Source: Longimicrobiales bacterium (lineage in GTDB: Bacteria > Gemmatimonadota > Gemmatimonadetes > Longimicrobiales > Gaopeijiaceae). From it: a stretch of 64,000 nucleotides of DNA. Below are positions 9,660-20,487 of the stretch, piece by piece (positions within the stretch are counted from its first letter, which is position 1; the number at the start of each line of letters is the position of its first letter). Under the pieces are notes generated by a model that saw only the letters and a list, made by a program, of their open reading frames with translations, had not been told where the DNA came from and did not search any database. The translations under genes were made by a program, and so were the position numbers. The stretch lies in the NCBI GenBank assembly GCA_965197725.1, contig CBDANQ010000056.1, positions 1 through 64,000 of the forward strand, written 5' to 3'.

Positions 9660-11504
9660 GTGCGCAGCGCCGCGCTTCTTGCGGCCGCGCTCGCAGTGAG
9701 CGTGTACGCCAACTCGTTGGTGAACCGATTCGCGTACGACGACGCGCGGATCATCCTCGACAACACGGAGCTGCACTCGCTCGAAACGTTGCCCGGCGCG
9801 GTCTTCAAGCCGTACTGGCACGGCAACGACGGGGAGCTCGAGCTGGGTCTGTGGCGCCCGACCACCACTCTGCTGCTGGGCCTCGAATACGCGGTGGCCG
9901 GGGAGAATCCCGCGCTCTATCACGCCGTGAACGTCGTTGGGCACGGTTTGGTCACGCTGCTCGTGGTGCTGGTGCTCGCCCATCTGCTAGCGGTACCGAT
10001 CGCCTTTGCCGCAGGGTTGCTCTTCGCGGTGCACCCGGTGCACGTCGAGGCGGTGTCGAACGTGGTGGGTGGCGCGGAAGTCGTGGCTACGGGGTTCTTC
10101 CTCCTTGCCTTATTGGTCCATCTGCGCGGGCCGTCGTCGTGGTCGCGCGCGCTCGCGGTCGCGGCACTCTACGGTCTGGCGTTCGGAGCGAAAGAAGGCG
10201 CCGTGACGCTGCCTGGCGTGATCTTCCTCGTGGATGCGGCGCGTCGTCGCCTGGGCGTCGCCGACCTACCCGCGTACGTGCGTGAGCACCGGCGAGGTTA
10301 TGCGGCTCTGGCAGTGGTCGCGGCAGTCATGCTCACGGCCCGCGCGCAGATCCTGGGGTTTGTCGCGAATCCAGAAGTCGCGCCCGGCGCCCGCTTGCTG
10401 CTCGAGATCCCGCGAGTCTGGACGCTCGCGGAGGTATGGACGCACTACGCGCGCTTGCTGGTCTTTCCGCTCGACCTCGCCTCGGACTACACGCCCGCCG
10501 TCATCCCGATATCGACAGGGTTTCATGCGCTGAACACGATCGGGCTGTTGCTCGCGTTGCTCATCTTCGTAGGTGCGCTCTTCAGTTGGCGGCAAGGGGA
10601 GATGGCTCCGAGTTCCTCCTCGGCGCGGGTCTTCGGCTTCGGCGTGCTCTGGTTCGCGATCACCGTGTCGCCGGTGTCCCACGTCTTCTTCGTCGCGGGC
10701 GTTCTGCTGGGCGAACGCACGCTCTACCTGCCGTCCGTTGGCGCGGTGGTGATCCTCGCGTGGCTCCTCGTGTCCCTCGCGCGCCGGCGGCGGGAGGTGG
10801 GGCTGACCGCGCTTACGCTCGTCGTCGCGCTGATGGGATGGCGCTCCTGGACGCGCACGCCCACATGGCTCGACGACGCTACGATGTTCGAGACGCTGAT
10901 CTCCGACTACCCGCACTCGGGCCGTTCCCAGTGGCTCATGGGCGACATCTACATGACCCAAGGCCGTCAGAGTGAGGCGCTGCGCGCGTACCGCGAGGCG
11001 ATCCCGAATCTGGGGGCGCACTACGGCCTCACGACGCAGATCGGGCGTAAGCTGCTTGCGGCGGGGAATCTTCGGGGAGCGGAGGGGCTGCTTCGGCAGG
11101 CGTGGAGCGAGGCACCCGAGGTCGCCAGTGCGCCCGCCCTTTTGGGTGTGCTCTACTCGCAAATGGGCGACGCGGAGCGGACCGAGCAGGCGCTCATCGC
11201 GGCGCTGGAGCTGCAGCCCGGCAACGGCGTGAGCCACCACCTGATGTCGTGGGCGCTGAGTGAACAGGGGCTTTGGGCCGAAGCAGCCGACGCGCGACGC
11301 CGCGTGATCGAACTCGGGGAAGATGTCTGGCAGCAGTGGACGTGGCTCGCGGATCTCCTGGCTCGCGCCGGTGACTTGGATGCAGCGCGCGCGGCTTTGC
11401 AATCTGCACGCGAGCGCGCCGGCACCGACGAGGAAAGGACCCAGATCGACTCGCTCGCCGTCCAGATGATGAGCCTCGACTCGATCGGGGCTGGGCTCTA
11501 CTAG
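9660..11504 (+). CDS. TMTC-like (DUF1736/GT-C) membrane glycosyltransferase with C-terminal TPRs
   Basis: YANSL..FAYDD, WRP, LFAVHPVHVEAVSNVVG, AKE, ERTLYLPS, many TM helices, TPR tail. Confidence 0.85.
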   Translation: MRSAALLAAALAVSVYANSLVNRFAYDDARIILDNTELHSLETLPGAVFKPYWHGNDGELELGLWRPTTTLLLGLEYAVAGENPALYHAVNVVGHGLVTLLVVLVLAHLLAVPIAFAAGLLFAVHPVHVEAVSNVVGGAEVVATGFFLLALLVHLRGPSSWSRALAVAALYGLAFGAKEGAVTLPGVIFLVDAARRRLGVADLPAYVREHRRGYAALAVVAAVMLTARAQILGFVANPEVAPGARLLLEIPRVWTLAEVWTHYARLLVFPLDLASDYTPAVIPISTGFHALNTIGLLLALLIFVGALFSWRQGEMAPSSSSARVFGFGVLWFAITVSPVSHVFFVAGVLLGERTLYLPSVGAVVILAWLLVSLARRRREVGLTALTLVVALMGWRSWTRTPTWLDDATMFETLISDYPHSGRSQWLMGDIYMTQGRQSEALRAYREAIPNLGAHYGLTTQIGRKLLAAGNLRGAEGLLRQAWSEAPEVASAPALLGVLYSQMGDAERTEQALIAALELQPGNGVSHHLMSWALSEQGLWAEAADARRRVIELGEDVWQQWTWLADLLARAGDLDAARAALQSARERAGTDEERTQIDSLAVQMMSLDSIGAGLY

Positions 11505-11956
11505 CCCGCGTCCATCTGTGCGAGGACCTGTTGCAACGAGTCGCGGAGCGAATTGTGCTCCAGGATGACATTCCGGCACGACGTGTCCGCCGCGCGTAGC
11601 TGGCGCTCGCGTGCTCCCCAGGCGTCGACCGAGTCGTTGTACGCGGTAAAGGTCTCCAGATACGCTTGATACTGCTCCAGCGCCACGCCGCGGGCGTCGA
11701 GGTCTTCGAAGCTATCGACGCGGGCACGCATCGAGTGCAGCCGGGCATCGAATGCGTTCAGCTCGCCTTCCCCGCTTGCGAGCGAGCGCCGACAGCGGTC
11801 GGCGGTGATCCGGGCTCGATACAGGTTGTCGCGCAGGCGTGCGATCTCGTCCGAGAGGCGCTGCTGTTCGAGGATGCGTTGTCCACCCGAGTAGACGATG
11901 GTGATGGTGCCGAGCGCCAGCCCAACACCGATAGCGACCTTCACTGCCTGGTTCAC
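11501..11956 (-). CDS. Hypothetical protein with N-terminal membrane anchor and coiled coil
   Basis: 151-aa ORF with RBS GGGGAG, one TM helix and two Cys. Confidence 0.65.
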   Translation of the reverse strand: MNQAVKVAIGVGLALGTITIVYSGGQRILEQQRLSDEIARLRDNLYRARITADRCRRSLASGEGELNAFDARLHSMRARVDSFEDLDARGVALEQYQAYLETFTAYNDSVDAWGARERQLRAADTSCRNVILEHNSLRDSLQQVLAQMDAG

Positions 11957-11981
11957 CGTCGCGGCTCCCCCGAACGGCTCG

Positions 11982-12125
11982 TCACTGCCCCGCCACCGTG
12001 AAGCTGAACATCATGCCCCCGTGCAGATGCTCAGCAATATGGAAGTGGAGCATCCACTCCCCCCGGGTTGGACATCCCGACAAGGACGTCCATGTCGAGC
12101 CGACGGGCACAATCGCCCTCCATTG
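11982..12125 (-). pseudogene. C-terminal remnant of a second multicopper oxidase
   Basis: VPVGST/MDVLVGMSNPG/EWMLHFHIAEHLHGGMMFSFTV: the type-1 Cu motif HCHxxEHxxxGM with Cys replaced by Phe, plus frameshifts. Confidence 0.8.
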
Positions 12126-12139
12126 GCCTGCAAGGGCCG

Positions 12140-13113
12140 CTAATTCCCAGGAAGGTGCTCCTTCGGAAACTTCGCTACCACGGTGTAGATCGGGTCGACG
12201 ATGTTGGCGACCGTGTTCTCGCCGAGTTGCCCGACGAGCATGTACGCGTCCCACTTCCCGAAGCCATAGTCGGCAACGAGCCACTCTATCAACTCGACGT
12301 GCGCCAAGCGGAAGGCATCGATGAGTGGTCGCGCGCTGCCGGCGACCATGATGTGCGTGTCGTCCTCGAAGCGCGGCCACGCGATCGTCTGGTTCTTGAT
12401 GAGATCGATGCGCAGCGTGACGTCCATCGACGTCTCAAGGCCGGTGCCGTTCACCTCGCCCTCGCCCTGCCTCGCGTGCCCGTCCCCGAAATAGAAGTAG
12501 GCGCCGTCGTTGAAGATGGGCAGATAGACTGTCGTGCCCTCGCGCACCTCCGGTGCATCCATGTTGCCGCCGAAGTTGCCGGGCCAGAGGCCGGTGAACG
12601 CCTCGCCGTTTGCCGGTGCCACCGAGAGCCGGCCGAGCATCGGCCTCAACTCGACAGTGATCTGGCTCATCTCCGAGGCGGGGAGATCGACTGTGCCGGT
12701 CAGCGCGTCGGTGTTGAGCCTCCACTCGTACCGGCGTGCGTCGATCGGGTCGTTGAGCAAGCGCAGCCGACTGTCGGTGGCGAGGCCTCCGAAGTCGGTG
12801 TAGAGCTGAGCGCCCGCGAGGTTGTGATTCGGTCGCACGCGGATCACGTCGATGACCAAGATGTCGTTGGTGGTCGCGCCCTCGATGAAGAAGGGGCCGA
12901 CCTCACCGGGGAAGGGCCCGCCGCCCGGATCGTAGTACGCGCCGTGGTTGGTCCGGGAGATGAGCACGGTGCCGGGCTGAATCGTGCGACCGGTTCGCGG
13001 ACGGCGACGGTCGCATGCCCCACGGTCGGCTCGAAGCGGAGCGTGTCTTGAGCCGCGGCGGGCACGCTGGCGAACATGGTGGCGGCGATCAGAAGCGTGG
13101 AGCGAATACGCAC
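12140..13113 (-). pseudogene. Exported acetamidase/formamidase-family protein, one frameshift near 12983
   Basis: Signal peptide MRIRSTLLIAATMFASVPAAAQ; GPFFIEGA, FGGNMD, GDGHARQGEGEVNGTGLE. Confidence 0.88.
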
Positions 13114-13270
13114 GGTGAAGTCCTCCGTCCAGGCTGATTGGCGAGTCGCTCAATCTGAGGACTGTGGACGTGTGATGCGAGACGGGCCCACCGTGCGACC
13201 TACGGCCTCCACGCGTATCCCAGCTTGAGGAAGAACGGCCGCCCACGATGGCCCGGAAGCGCATCGACCC

Positions 13271-13369
13271 CTCGATGCGCTCGGAATAGGCTTCGACGAG
13301 CTGCCGCGAAGTGAGTGTACCAGCCAGCATCGCCTCGTGTGGATCGGCGATGGTGAGCTCAATGAACTC
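13271..13369 (-). pseudogene. N-terminal remnant of an amidase (GatA-like family)
   Basis: ELTIADPHEAMLAGTLTSRQLVEAYSERIE resembles the amidase N-terminus; no catalytic core follows. Confidence 0.65.
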
Positions 13370-13490
13370 GGCCCACGGGCGACTTGAGCCTACGCACCCG
13401 GAGGGTTGAGGAGCGCGCACGCGGTCAGCCCGAGACCCAGCCTGGCCATGAGTCGGAAGCGCCGGCTCCCGGTGGATCGTGTGTCGGGAC

Positions 13491-14189
13491 TCATGCGTGA
13501 CTCTTCGCCTCGGCCAGTTCCCGCGCCCGGCGCCAGATCGCGTCGAACATGGGTTCGGTGAGCTTGCCTGTGAACGTGTTTTGCTGACTCGGATGATACG
13601 AGGCGAGCACCGTGGCCACCCCGAGCTCGACTTCCGCGCCGTGCCCGAAGCGCGGACGAGGGCGCGGCACCGGAGCGCCCCGATCCGCGAGGATCCGCAG
13701 AGTCTGGGCGTACGCGAAGCCGCCGAGCGTTACCACCACTGTGACGTACCTCATCACATCGAGCTCATGATCGAGCCAAGGCCTACAGGCGTCGCGTTCA
13801 CCCGGGTCGGGCTTGTTGGCGGGCGGGGCGCAGCGCACCACGGCGGTGACGAAGACGCCGCTCAGCTCGAGACCATCGGACCGGTCGGTCGATTCCGGTT
13901 GGTTTGCGAAGCCCGCCCGATGCAGCGCTCGGTAGAGCCAATCTCCCGCCCGGTCACCGGTGAACATTCGCCCCGTGCGGTTGGCGCCGTGGGCAGCGGG
14001 GGCGAGGCCCACGATTAGCACGCGCGCATCCGAGTCGCCGAACGCGGGCACGGGGCGACCCCAGTACTCGTCGTTGCGGAACGAAGCTCGCTTCTCTCGT
14101 GAGACTTGCTCCCGCCATGCGACGAGCCTCGGGCATTTCCTACAGTCGATCACCCGCGCTTGCAGCGCCGCCATGGCACCCCTGGTCAT
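13491..14189 (-). CDS. Uracil-DNA glycosylase family 5 (UdgB-like, Fe-S)
   Basis: CRKCPRL, GLAPAAHGANRTGRMFTGD, VRCAPPANKP, SYHPSQQNTFTGKLT. Confidence 0.93.
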   Translation of the reverse strand: MTRGAMAALQARVIDCRKCPRLVAWREQVSREKRASFRNDEYWGRPVPAFGDSDARVLIVGLAPAAHGANRTGRMFTGDRAGDWLYRALHRAGFANQPESTDRSDGLELSGVFVTAVVRCAPPANKPDPGERDACRPWLDHELDVMRYVTVVVTLGGFAYAQTLRILADRGAPVPRPRPRFGHGAEVELGVATVLASYHPSQQNTFTGKLTEPMFDAIWRRARELAEAKSHA

Positions 14190-14271
14190 CGGCCGCAGAT
14201 ATCTCCGGCTGGCTGCGGACGCGAAAGGCTAGGGCTGCAACGCGTTCGCGGACCCGATGCGAAGGCCACGT

Positions 14272-15174
14272 TCATGGCCCGTCCTCGCTCTCGAGCCACG
14301 CCGACCACCACAGCTCCGCCAACATGTCCGCACCCGCGGCGAGGCGCCGGGCGGCGAAGTCGCGCGTCGCTACCTGTACCGGGGCTTCGGGATCGAAGCC
14401 GATGTCACGGTCGAGGCGATATAGCTCGGCGACGTGAGTGTGCGACTCCTCGAGGTAGGCCCAGACGGCGGCACGGGCCGCTCCCGCGACGGAAGGGGGC
14501 GAGCCCTGCCTTGCCTGACCGTCCACGTCCGCTTGCGCGAGGTGCGCCTCCACGAAACCGCTCTCGAATCGTGCGTGGAACGAGCGATCGTCCGTATATC
14601 CCTCAGGATTTGGCGCGCCGGCCGACCAGCCGTTGAAGTGGATTGTCGTATGGTGCGGCTGGGACGCATCGGTGACGTAGTGCCCGAGGATGCCTGCGTC
14701 GTTGAGGATGCGCGCCTCGATCCACTTCTTCTGCTGGACATCGTCTTCGGAGCGCCACCTCTGCCACTCGGTGACGATCCGTTGGTAGACTTCGACGATG
14801 CGGTACGGCAGGAAGCCGCCGTCGCGCTCCGGCTTCTCGAGCCCGGCGTCGTGGAGCGCCTTCAGGAAATTGAATCGGTCCGGCGCGTCCAGAGCCCCGT
14901 TTGGGACGTTCTCCAGATGGATGTAGTGGTCGTGCCTCCAGGCCTGGTCCATCTCCCGGAGGTCGAAGTTCCGCCAGCGATCGGGTTCGGAGTCGAGGTA
15001 GACCAACTGGTCCGCGGCGCCTCGGAAGAACGCGGGCATGGCGGCGGGCAGCACGTCCGCAGCGGTCCGAGCCGCCATCTCGTGACCGACTGACCCCCAG
15101 CGCGGTGGCGTGGGGTCATCTGTGGTGCCGCCGCCGGTGAGCAGTGCGGTTACGGTGAGCAAAGGGTGGAGCAT
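14272..15174 (-). CDS. S1/P1 nuclease-family exported protein
   Basis: Signal peptide then WGSVGH; EPDRWR, HDHYI, GHYVTDASQPHH, FHARFE. Confidence 0.85.
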   Translation of the reverse strand: MLHPLLTVTALLTGGGTTDDPTPPRWGSVGHEMAARTAADVLPAAMPAFFRGAADQLVYLDSEPDRWRNFDLREMDQAWRHDHYIHLENVPNGALDAPDRFNFLKALHDAGLEKPERDGGFLPYRIVEVYQRIVTEWQRWRSEDDVQQKKWIEARILNDAGILGHYVTDASQPHHTTIHFNGWSAGAPNPEGYTDDRSFHARFESGFVEAHLAQADVDGQARQGSPPSVAGAARAAVWAYLEESHTHVAELYRLDRDIGFDPEAPVQVATRDFAARRLAAGADMLAELWWSAWLESEDGP

Positions 15175-15420
15175 CGTGCTTCCTCGGACTGTGCTAGAAG
15201 TGAGTTTTGCTGGCGATTCGTGAGCACACCTTCGTCTGTCAGGAGCGCGCGACGATCACCGTAGCCATCGTCGAGGCGTTGGGAGCTCGTCGGCCACGGG
15301 GCGCGCGGAAAACGAAAGTCGTCACAGACGTGGTGCGTGAGGATACACGACTGCTAGAATACTGGTCAATTAGGCCGCCGCCCCCTCCATTCAGCTTCCC
15401 ATGGAAGCAACCTAATGCCG

Positions 15421-15875
15421 ATGCACCGCCTGTCCGATATGACTTGGGAGGAGGTCCACGACACGGACCGTGTTCACGCCGTGGCGATCCTGCCTGTCCG
15501 GCGCGGCCGCGGCCGCGGGTCCGGATGGATCGCGGGTCGTGTTCGTGGACATCACCAGGCGCGCAGCGGCCGGCCGTCTCACCGACGAGTTTCGGACCGG
15601 TGCCTGTCACGCCGGACAGTTCGAGGGTAGCAGTGGTCCTGGCCGAGTCGCCGTCGCTGGTGCGTTCAGACGTTTCCGCAGAGATCGAACCGAACCCCGC
15701 GTCGCTCTCCGACGCGATCCGGGACGGGAGGTCGACGTTCGGCGAGGCCGGCGGTCCTCGTGCCTAATTCGGCTGGCCGGCTCGGGCGACGGCGGAGGAA
15801 GACCGCGAAACGATCCGTGTTCTAGGGGATCTGCTCGCCGAAGCGGTCGTCGCCGGAGAGGAGGCCGAGGCTTGA
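15421..15875 (+). pseudogene. Creatininase-family gene with large internal deletion, frameshifts and a TAA stop
   Basis: MHRLSDMTWEEV..VAILPV joins directly to ...LTDEFRTGACHAGQFE and GGPRA*FGWPARATAE. The GAxEAHGPHLP core is missing. Confidence 0.8.
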
Positions 15876-16645
15876 AGCTGACTGGAAAGACCGCTGTCAT
15901 CACGGGTGGTGGTCGGGGAGTGGGGGCCGCAGCGGCGTATGCGCTTGGCGCCGCGGGTGCGACAGTGGCGGTCGCCGCGCGCAACGAGCAGCAAGTCGTC
16001 GACGTAGCGGCTCAACTCCGGTCCCGTGGCTACGAGGCGTTCGCGTTCCGCTGCGACGTGACCGACCCCCACCAGGTGCGAGATCTCGCGCTCTCGTCGG
16101 TCGAGACGATGGGGAGGGTCGACATCCTCATCAACAACGCGGGCACCGTGACGTCGAACCCGTTGCATGGCGTGAAGCTGACCGAGTGGGATCACGTCAT
16201 GGCGGTCAACGCCACCAGCACCTTTCTGTGTACGCAGGCGATGTATCCCGGAATGGTGGAACGGGGGTGGGGACGTGTCGTGAACGTCGCCGCCATCGTT
16301 GGAATCGTCGGGGGCCGGGACCTCTCGGCGTACTCCGCGGCCAAGCACGCGGTCGTCGGATTCACGAAGGCGATTGCCATGGAGGCCGAGGGCACGGGGG
16401 TCACCGTGAATGCGGTGTGCCCCGGCTACGTGGATACGCCGCTGACGGACGAAACGGTCGCGCGCAGGATGCAGCGTACGGGACAGACGTGGCACGGAGC
16501 GATGGCCGCGATCCTCGAGGAGGCTGGTCAGCCGCGGTGGATCCGCGCGGACGAAGTCGCCGAGGCGATCATGCCTCTGCTCGACGACGACGCGAGCGAG
16601 ACGAACGGCCAACTGATCGTGATCGACGGGAAGGACGGTCCGTGA
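15872..16645 (+). CDS. Short-chain dehydrogenase/reductase
   Basis: TGGGRGVG, NNAG, YSAAKH, NAVCPGYVDT. Confidence 0.92.
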   Translation: MKLTGKTAVITGGGRGVGAAAAYALGAAGATVAVAARNEQQVVDVAAQLRSRGYEAFAFRCDVTDPHQVRDLALSSVETMGRVDILINNAGTVTSNPLHGVKLTEWDHVMAVNATSTFLCTQAMYPGMVERGWGRVVNVAAIVGIVGGRDLSAYSAAKHAVVGFTKAIAMEAEGTGVTVNAVCPGYVDTPLTDETVARRMQRTGQTWHGAMAAILEEAGQPRWIRADEVAEAIMPLLDDDASETNGQLIVIDGKDGP

Positions 16646-16684
16646 CTCCACGCTTCGAATTCCGTTTTGGGGGCGAGTAGCGCC

Positions 16685-16785
16685 TCACCCCACCGCGGTG
16701 TACAGCGGATGCACGTACATCGCGTACATGCCGAGCATGACGCCGCCCAGTCGCTTGCCGACCGAGTCCCGACGAAACGCAAGCG
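16685..16785 (-). pseudogene. C-terminal remnant of a membrane protein (possibly a Ca2+/Na+ antiporter last helix)
   Basis: AFRRDSVGKRLGGVMLGMYAMYV, fused to the truncated end of the SLBB gene. Confidence 0.45.
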
Positions 16786-19154
16786 AGAATCGTGCTCCCT
16801 GGCTCCACACGTGGATGTCGCCGAATGAGCCAGAGAAACTTCTTGGTCGTCGCTCGGCGCCCGTTCGCATATTCGACGGAGACCTTATCCAGGTCCGCGT
16901 CGTCGAGCGAGCCTCCAGCCTGCCGGATGTATTCGCTCAGCCCCATGCCGGGCTCGAACACCGCCCTCGTCTCGAAGGCCACGCTGCCGCGGATCCCGAC
17001 CGTAGGATCGTACTCCGGGACCAGGATCTGATCACCTGCCCGCAGGAGGAGGTCATCGGGCCCTCCGGGACGTTCGATCGCGCGACCCAGATCGATGCCG
17101 ACCACCAGGGAATCGCGGATGAGCCTCGCTCCGGACACATACGCCTGGGGAGAAAGCCCCCCGACTGGACGCATGATGTCGGAGAGCCGCTCGTTTCGTC
17201 GTTGCACGGCGTAGGCGCCGGGGAAGCCGACCTGCCCCGAGACATAGACCGTTATGGGCGCAACGTAGCCCGGTCGCTCGCGGACGAAGAGCCGATCCCC
17301 CACCTCCAGGGGCACGTCGGCCGCGCTCAGCGGCGGTCTCGTATCGGTCGATCCGTTGTCGTTGTCCGAGAGCGCGGGACTCGGAATCAGCCCACTCAGA
17401 CGGATCGGAATCGCCACGGATACCGTGTCCCTGCGGTCGAGCGTCACTCGGGCGCGTGAGACCTCAGCCTCGGTCGCGAGCGCCCCTTCGACCAGGCCCC
17501 CCGCCACCAGGATCAGGTCCTCAGCCGTCATTCCGCGGGCATACCGGTACCGTCCAGGATTCCTGACCAACCCCGCCACGCGAACGGAGTCACTGACCAC
17601 CAGCGAGTCCATGGAGAATACCACTACCGAGTCTCTGTCGAGCAGCGCCAGGTCCTGTGTGCCGCCCAACGCGGGGTCCGTCGCGATGCGCAACAGGGTG
17701 ACGCCAGCCGAGTCGAGCCGGGGTCTGTACACGTGGACCGCGGAAAGATAGGCGTCTTCCCGGAGCTCAGCCTGTTCGAGAATAGCCCGGGCTGTCAGTC
17801 CCTTGACGAGCTGGTAGCGCCCGGGAAAGTGGACCGCACCGGCAACCGCTACGCGGTTCCGTTGTTCCTCGATGGTGGCGGGGACGAAGATCTCGTCACC
17901 CGCGATGAGTTCCACGTCAGGGGGGTCGCCCAGGTCATCGACGAGCGACCCGGCGTCGACCGTCACGATGACTCGATCCGTCCCGGGACTGCGCTCGGCA
18001 AACGGCAGCAGTCGCTCAACGCGCACCGCGCGCGCATGCGCGGTGGGAAGCATGCCGCCTGAGAAGCCGATGACGTCTCGCAGTCCTTCCCGTTCGAGCA
18101 CTTCATAGATGGCTGGGCGCCGGAGCTCCCCACGGACCGCGACCTGACCCCCGGCAGGAGGCACGAACACGATGTCGCCGTGCTCGAGCCGGATGTCATC
18201 CGAGGCGTCGCCGCGCAGGAGGTAGTCGTATAGGTCCACTTGACGCACCTCCTGGCCACCACGGCGCACCCGCTACCCGGCGGAACGATCCCAGCTCTGT
18301 CGGACCACCCGCTGCCTGCAGCGCTGCGAAGACGGTCGAGACGGAGCTCACCACGTAGGAGCCAGGGCTCTCCACATCGCCGATCACGAACACTTGGTTG
18401 GCTCTCAATCGGCCCAGCGAGACGTCGAAGAACGTGGTGGCGCCACCCCCCTTCCGTATTCCCGAGTAGACTTCGGAGAGTCGCCTGAACAACGATTCCC
18501 TCAGCTGATCGAGCGTCTGACCGTTCACGAACAGCTGTCCGACGTCGGGGATGAACACGGATCCCTGGCGAGTGACACCAAGATTGGTGTACGCCAGCTC
18601 AACGTCCCCGTCAACACCAGGATCAGTTGGTCTCCCGGTCCCAGCCGGTAGTCGTCGCCCACCGGACCTGTCACGACCGGGCTGAAGCGGGTGGTCCGGC
18701 GCCGAAATACGTCCAGCCCAAAAACGGACAAGACGGAGTCGGGAAGCGCCTCCAACGAGTCGGCTGCGAGCGCGAGTGAATCCAGTGCGAGCGAGTCCAG
18801 CGGGAAGTAGTCCACGCCCAGCTCCAAGATGCCCACGGCCCCCAGTGCCTCCAGGAATCCCTGCTCAGCTTCCGGTAGTTCGCCCCCAACTCCTTCCATG
18901 CTATCGAAGTAGCGATCCGCGAGCCCCGGATCATAGCCGAGCTGCTGCAAGCGGGAACGCACCTGCTCCCGGGACATCCCGGACTCCCTCAGGCGCCGCA
19001 ACACCTCCTCTTGTGAGATCTGGCCCGATCGCAGCTGCTGCAGTGCTTCCAACTCCTCTCGTGTCGGAACCTGAGCGGACACCCGGGCAGGGCCGGCCGA
19101 CAGCGCTACCACAAAAAGTGGAAGAAGGGCAGAGGAGTGCTTCGGCGGTTTCAC
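16786..19154 (-). pseudogene. Polysaccharide export protein with multiple SLBB domains (Wza/KpsD-like); two frameshifts, C-terminus deleted
   Basis: Signal peptide; DYRLGPGDQL, FIPDVGQ, VFVIGDVESPGSY, DLYDYLLRGD, GELRRPAIYE, GQVGFPGAY. Ends abruptly after VEPGSTI. Confidence 0.88.
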
Positions 19155-19179
19155 GATAGCCCGGGAAGCAGGAGAGATC

Positions 19180-19241
19180 TGGACAAACAGGCCCCCGCGA
19201 GTGAGCGGGGGAACATCTGGCGCTAAGCTCTGGCGCTAAGC
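19180..19241 (-). promoter_or_regulatory. Leader element: 13-bp tandem repeat followed by a hairpin with a U-rich tail
   Basis: On the minus strand: (GCTTAGCGCCAGA)x2 at 19241-19216, then CCCCCGC-TCACTC-GCGGGGG and CCTGTTTGT, upstream of the SLBB start. Confidence 0.5.
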
Positions 19242-19307
19242 TAGGGAGTTCGATGGTTCCGGCAAAGGGTTTGTCGAGCGTGCTCGCGCATCGGGCCGGG
19301 GCTGGTC

Positions 19308-19757
19308 CTACCCTACCGGAACCGCCACGTCGATCGTGGCCACGTCGCCCAAGCGAAGCTCGCCACCCTGGACCACGGAGCCATGAGCGCCACCGCCCCC
19401 GTGCAGGCCGAGCGCGTCCCGCAGTCCGGAGCACTGCTCGTCCATTAGCTCACAGGGACGGGTTTCGCCCCGGATGCGGATCTTCACGTCTCCGAGCGTG
19501 AGCACCTGGTCGCGGCTGTCTTCGAGCCGGATCCCGCTGACCATGATGTTGGCGCGGCGCATTCTGGGAGCCGAGTCGGGCAGCTCGGACCGGATGCGAT
19601 CGAATACCTCCTTCTCGATCACCGTGACCTGACGGGTCGCCCCAAAGTTGGCGTCGCCCACGAGGCCCTTGCCCTCGACGAGCGTCGCCTGATTCGAAGT
19701 GTCCATCAACCCGCCTCGCGCACGCTTCCTCCAGATCGCTTCCACCTTCCCGCTCAT
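19308..19757 (-). CDS. MOSC-domain protein
   Basis: GLVGDAN, RQVTVIE, RRANIMVSG, GETRPCELMD. Confidence 0.88.
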   Translation of the reverse strand: MSGKVEAIWRKRARGGLMDTSNQATLVEGKGLVGDANFGATRQVTVIEKEVFDRIRSELPDSAPRMRRANIMVSGIRLEDSRDQVLTLGDVKIRIRGETRPCELMDEQCSGLRDALGLHGGGGAHGSVVQGGELRLGDVATIDVAVPVG

Positions 19758-19820
19758 CGTGCTCCTCCAGGCGGTCATGAGTGGTGCTAGTGCGTCAGAG
19801 TGATGCTACGTTGAAGATCT

Positions 19821-20201
19821 ATGCACTGACTCGCCACCCCCGGAGCTCCCCTGGCCCTGCGCCTACAGATCGAGCTGGTTTACGATCCCGGATGTCCGAA
19901 CGTCGGGCTGGCCCGCGACGTGCTCGCTTCCGCGTGTCGTCATGCCAAGATCCCGGCTGTATGGACCGAGTGGAGCAGCGAGGATCCCGTGTGTCCCGAG
20001 CACGTGCACAACCTGGGGTCGCCGACCATCCTAGTGAACGGAGAGGACGTCGCGCCAGGGCCCCACCCATGGGCGCCCCGAGAGCAGGGCGCTGGGCCGC
20101 GATGCCGCGTCTACCGGGACGGGGACGCGCTCGTGCCTGCGCCGCCGCTGGAGCGTGTCAACGAGGCGATCGAGCGCGCGCTGGGACCGGAGGTCGTGTA
20201 G
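19821..20201 (+). pseudogene. Thioredoxin-like small protein of the type often found near mer operons; TGA at codon 3
   Basis: ATG CAC TGA is in frame with IELVYDPGCPNV...GSPTILVNGEDV...CRVY. Confidence 0.65.
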
Positions 20202-20238
20202 CACCCGGACTCAGGATCAGTAGCCGTGCCACAGGCCA

Positions 20239-20487
20239 CTAGTCGTCGTGGTGCAGCTCGTACTCCCGTTGCGTGTACGCGGCCTCCCGCGCCTGGGTCT
20301 TATCGCGCTTCTTCGCGGCGCGCATGCTCCGGGCCTTGCGTGCCTCGGAGTGCACGCGGGGGTTGGAGAGGAGGCGCGTCACATCTCCGCTCTGGCATGC
20401 CGGGCAGGTTGCGTCGTCCGTATGCTTGCGCAGGAACGCCTCGAACTCGTGCGTGCACGCGCCGCATGTGTAGTCGTAGATCGGCAT
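20239..20487 (-). CDS. FmdB-family zinc-ribbon protein
   Basis: MPIYDYTCGACTHEFE...CPACQS...RLLS. Confidence 0.9.
   Translation of the reverse strand: MPIYDYTCGACTHEFEAFLRKHTDDATCPACQSGDVTRLLSNPRVHSEARKARSMRAAKKRDKTQAREAAYTQREYELHHDD

Noticed and set aside
19821..19829. TGA at codon 3 as selenocysteine
   Set aside because: It is not at a redox motif, and both CPN and CRVY use Cys. A nonsense mutation or a different start is simpler.
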